NCBI GenBank assembly: GCA_965214605.1
Contig: OZ243961.1
Span: forward strand, 1,632,001 to 1,696,000
DNA length: 64,000 nucleotides
Source of the DNA: an uncultured Candidatus Binatia bacterium
GTDB taxonomy: Bacteria > Desulfobacterota > Binatia > Bin18
Direction of reading: 5' to 3'
The notes beneath the pieces were generated by a model. It was given only the letters and a program-made list of their open reading frames with translations, was not told the DNA's origin and did not search any database. The translations under genes were made by a program, and so were the position numbers. This document shows positions 60,844 through 64,000 of the stretch, piece by piece. Positions within the stretch are counted from its first letter, which is position 1; each line of letters begins with the position of its first letter.

Positions 60844-63168
60844 GGAGTGCTTCTTATCCTTCCACAAACTTTTCTTGCCTCCTCGCATCAGCCATTCCTT
60901 AAGCAGCTGAGCACATTCGTCACGGTCGGCCGAAGGAGGGAGTTGAGCGATCTGCTCCACAATTTCTGGCATTTTGCTGACATCTCCTCTTCCCCCGAGA
61001 TTCTGGATTCGGGCCTTGACGCGCTTAGCCTTTTCGCTTGCTGAAGAGAGATTTCCCTTTTCCTCTGACGGTTTGGCTCCAGAGCGGACCGACCGCGATG
61101 GGGCTTCACATTGACCTATAGACGCTCTCTTCTGAATGCGCCTCTTCAGTTCCTCCTTGAGAAACCCCAACAGCTCATTTAGCATTCTCTGGCTCTCACT
61201 GAGGCTCGGTAGGTAGTGCGAGGGAAAAGCGGTTACGCGGATGAGCAGAGGTCCGGCGTCTGATCTTGCCAAGTGGTAGAGAATAGGGGCAGCATGACGT
61301 TTTACCTTTTTTGCGGACAATTTCTGCGGCGGTTGATGGGTAGCAGGTTGCTGATGACCTATTGGGCGGTTTCGCGGACCGTGGATTTCCCGCGGCAAAC
61401 CGAGCGCTAGCTTTTCTTCTCTATGGGCGTACTTCTGCGCAAAGGCTTGCGTCGCGTATCCGAGTTGATCAAGCGCTGTCCAAAAATCACGCCAGGGGGT
61501 TTGAATCTCAAGCGGCTTTATTTTCCCGAGCGCAGGTGAGCGTGCTGATTGTCTCTCGTCCGCCAGATCACGAAGCTGGCACGTCTTCCTGAAGTCTTGG
61601 GCAAGGTTTTGGCAATCCTCTATACTGGTAATGTCCTTGGCTTCAATACCCTCGAATGAGCCGAATCCTTTTCGTCCCTTCGAGCCAACACCACCGAAAT
61701 GGCACAGCAGCCAAAGAGCAGCCACCGCTTGATTGAGTATATCCTCAGCCTTAGGGAGCATCGGTTTGTCGGAATTTTCTGGGAAAAAACGGCCGCGCCG
61801 GGCGTCAATGCGAATAGACCACTGTGTTCCTGCCGGACGGAACCAACGCTTCTCTCTTTTAGGACCGTCGTCCATTCCATAGGAGGCGTAGAATAGTCCT
61901 TGGGTTGTCTTCTTGTTCGGAGGATTTTCAAGGTCATGTTGGCATTTGAATGTAGGATCAGGCTGAAATGTTTTCTGGCGATCTTTGTAGTCGTATTTCT
62001 TCGGCCTTTCGCCTTCCTTGAAATCTACCGCAATACGCACCGGACTGCCCGACTGTACGTCTCCCCAGACCGCGGTCTCTAGCCGCTTGAGCGTGGCTCG
62101 GTCGAGGTGGGCCGCGTGCATGGTCCGCCACCACCAACGCAGCAGGCCGCGTAGGGTGGCCGGGCGTAGGTCGCAGTCCCCCTCCTGCTGCTCGGCACCG
62201 GCGAGGAACGCCGGGGTGACCAGCTTCAGGTCAAAATTCGCACTGGCAACTCCGACGTCCGTGAAATCAGGCGAGAGCGTCGTAGAGGTTTCACCTTCAG
62301 TCGGTTTGAAACGTCCATAGCCGGCCGCGGTCTTGGCCCCAGCGCCTTCGGATGTCAGCGCGGTCCGAAGCCAGCCGTAAGCTGTTTCCAGGAAGTCATC
62401 GCTGCCGGGCTTGCGGTCGGAGATGGCAAATTCAAACTGTTCGTCTCCATCAACAGCGAGAAAATAGACCAGATTCGGTTCTTCCTGGTCACCCGGGTCG
62501 TCTTCGCCCGTATAGTATTCGCCATGGTGGTTGTTGATGACATCCAGAATCAGACGGGGCCAGCGGAGTGGCCAAGCATCGTGGAAGACGAGCCGACCGA
62601 CCGAAGCTCCCGCCTGTGACTTGATTTCGCTTGGACGCCAACCCGGCGAGCCGCTTTTCGGATGCAGAAACTTGTGCTTTTCGGAACGAGGACTCCAGCC
62701 GAAGGCTTCTTCGATCCGACGCCAGGCTCGCTCTTTGTCGGGCTGCGCGGGAGCCCACACTGTCTCGGCCCAGGCGCGGGCCAATCCTTTGATGCCGCTG
62801 CCCGGCAAATAGACAAAACCGTAGACCGGATGCAGGGCGATGCCGGCGTTCTCCAGCGCCCCCGAGCGCGATAAGTGCAGGGTCAAGGAGCTACGTGTAG
62901 TCATCCGCAGGCACTTTACGCCGAGCGCTTTGAGCATGGTCCGGCGGCGGTCAAGCAGCGCGTTCAGCAGTTTTGAATCGCCTTGGGTCTCCATCACCTT
63001 TTCCAATACACGCCGCTGTTCCTTTTGAGTCCCGACAGCCGACAGCTTGTCAAGTTGTAAGCCTGGGTGGCGACAGTCAAGCGAAACTATCGGGCTATTA
63101 TCCAATCTCACAAGCTCACATGTGCGCTTGGGCAGAATCGGCCCCGCAAGCAGTTTCTCAGCTGACAT
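60784..63168 (-). CDS. cmr6: Cmr6-Cmr1 RAMP fusion protein
   Basis: N-half HPVYG..YLPGSGIKG..FHDAWP..GAGAKTAAGYG (Cmr6); C-half LVTPAFLAGA..LRPATLRGLLRWWWR..GGVGSKGRKGFGS (Cmr1); single open frame. Confidence 0.85.
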   Translation of the reverse strand: MSAEKLLAGPILPKRTCELVRLDNSPIVSLDCRHPGLQLDKLSAVGTQKEQRRVLEKVMETQGDSKLLNALLDRRRTMLKALGVKCLRMTTRSSLTLHLSRSGALENAGIALHPVYGFVYLPGSGIKGLARAWAETVWAPAQPDKERAWRRIEEAFGWSPRSEKHKFLHPKSGSPGWRPSEIKSQAGASVGRLVFHDAWPLRWPRLILDVINNHHGEYYTGEDDPGDQEEPNLVYFLAVDGDEQFEFAISDRKPGSDDFLETAYGWLRTALTSEGAGAKTAAGYGRFKPTEGETSTTLSPDFTDVGVASANFDLKLVTPAFLAGAEQQEGDCDLRPATLRGLLRWWWRTMHAAHLDRATLKRLETAVWGDVQSGSPVRIAVDFKEGERPKKYDYKDRQKTFQPDPTFKCQHDLENPPNKKTTQGLFYASYGMDDGPKREKRWFRPAGTQWSIRIDARRGRFFPENSDKPMLPKAEDILNQAVAALWLLCHFGGVGSKGRKGFGSFEGIEAKDITSIEDCQNLAQDFRKTCQLRDLADERQSARSPALGKIKPLEIQTPWRDFWTALDQLGYATQAFAQKYAHREEKLALGLPREIHGPRNRPIGHQQPATHQPPQKLSAKKVKRHAAPILYHLARSDAGPLLIRVTAFPSHYLPSLSESQRMLNELLGFLKEELKRRIQKRASIGQCEAPSRSVRSGAKPSEEKGNLSSASEKAKRVKARIQNLGGRGDVSKMPEIVEQIAQLPPSADRDECAQLLKEWLMRGGKKSLWKDKKHSETTWRKRLDNLLDNPFQEA

Positions 63169-63589
63169 CGTTCTCCCCCTCATCAGGCTTGAACTCGGCT
63201 TCGCTGAACCGGGTCAGCCATTGCAAGTACAACAATGCCTCCTCGGTGGCGCGGCGCAGCAGGTCCGCATTACCGTCGATGATAGCCCGAATCACGGCGT
63301 TGCGACCGTTGGTACCTTTCGGCGAAGGTACCAAACGACGCTTCTCCAACAGCCAGTCACCTAGCTCCTTCAGCAACCGACTTCGATAATCCTCGTCGCC
63401 CTTGTCCGACTCCGACTTGGCGTAGAGAAAGGCCAACGCCTGTCCTAGGCCGGCGGTCTTAATGCGGACGGGTAGCCGCTTGGCCTCGCGGGCAAAGTTC
63501 TTGGGGTCGTTCAGTTTGCGGGCGCGCTCTACGGCTTTCCAGGCGTGTTGGGCGCGGCGCTGGTCGAGGGTAGGCCGGCTATCGCTCAT
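63158..63589 (-). CDS. cmr5: Type III-B small subunit Cmr5
   Basis: TLDQRRAQHAW, LPVRIKTAGLGQALAFL, ATEEAL.YLQWL.RF. Confidence 0.92.
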   Translation of the reverse strand: MSDSRPTLDQRRAQHAWKAVERARKLNDPKNFAREAKRLPVRIKTAGLGQALAFLYAKSESDKGDEDYRSRLLKELGDWLLEKRRLVPSPKGTNGRNAVIRAIIDGNADLLRRATEEALLYLQWLTRFSEAEFKPDEGENDVS

Positions 63590-63601
63590 TATCCGTCCTC
63601 C

Positions 63602-64000
63602 TTATCCCGCAAAATCGGCGAAGCGGACCGCGCAGAAACCCTTGCCGACCGTTTCACCGCTGCCAACCTGGAGCGTCCGGGGCGTTTTTTCGCGCAGCCA
63701 CTCAAGAATCTTCGCAGCGCTTTTGGGGTGTGAGTCTAGGCGGCTGTCGCTGCACATCACCAGCGAGTAGAAGAGGGTCTCGGCCGGTAGATATTCTTCG
63801 TAAAAAAGCGCACCCTCGCGGACAGTTTTCGTGTCGTAATTGAGTCCAACTCGGGCCACGATCTCGGTAGCGTTGCAGGCGAAGTGCGTGAAATCGTCGT
63901 CGTGCAGGACGGCCAGATGCGAGCGCAGCCGGTCTTGCGTACCGTCGTCTTTCACGGTCTGCTTTGCAATCCAGTCAGCAAGCGCGCCTGCACCGTCAGC
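63602..64000 (-). CDS. cmr4: Type III-B RAMP Cmr4, C-terminal part (runs off the window)
   Basis: TKTVREGALFYEEYLPAETLFY, LQVGSGETVGKG. Confidence 0.92.
   Translation of the reverse strand, partial: ADGAGALADWIAKQTVKDDGTQDRLRSHLAVLHDDDFTHFACNATEIVARVGLNYDTKTVREGALFYEEYLPAETLFYSLVMCSDSRLDSHPKSAAKILEWLREKTPRTLQVGSGETVGKGFCAVRFADFAG

Noticed and set aside
44397-64000. CRISPR-associated transposon, integron or RT-Cas1 system
   Set aside because: No TnsB/TnsC/TniQ, tyrosine integrase, attC-like array or reverse transcriptase motifs were seen in the window.

Overview
Bacterial chromosomal window of roughly 60% GC (estimated by eye), in two parts. (1) 1-44.4 kb is a densely packed, mostly intact catabolic region: two extradiol dioxygenase systems, four luciferase-like monooxygenases, several amidohydrolases, a lanthanide-type XoxF methanol dehydrogenase with a fused XoxJ-cytochrome c partner, an NAD-linked formate dehydrogenase, and a CoA-transferase alpha subunit read through an in-frame TGA followed by a SECIS-like hairpin (candidate selenoprotein). 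The gene content is reminiscent of Binatia/Tectomicrobia-like organisms; this is inference only. (2) 44.4-64 kb is a type III-B CRISPR-Cas island on the minus strand: cmr4 (partial), cmr5, a cmr6-cmr1 fusion, a CARF-HEPN effector, cas1, cas2, leader and a 25-repeat array. cas6 lies about 10.5 kb downstream of the array. The gap is a mosaic of fragments with sharp junctions: a transposase-like fragment abutting the last repeat, a low-GC flippase/epimerase pair, a truncated T6SS tssJ-tssK pair, a toxin-antitoxin cassette flanked by short 5' stubs of cas10 and a CARF gene, a decayed cas10 cut exactly at a solitary variant repeat, and a high-GC UbiA/GT-C/GtrA/DprE1-like cassette starting 20 nt after that repeat unit. 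All calls come from reading motifs by eye; no database searches were run.
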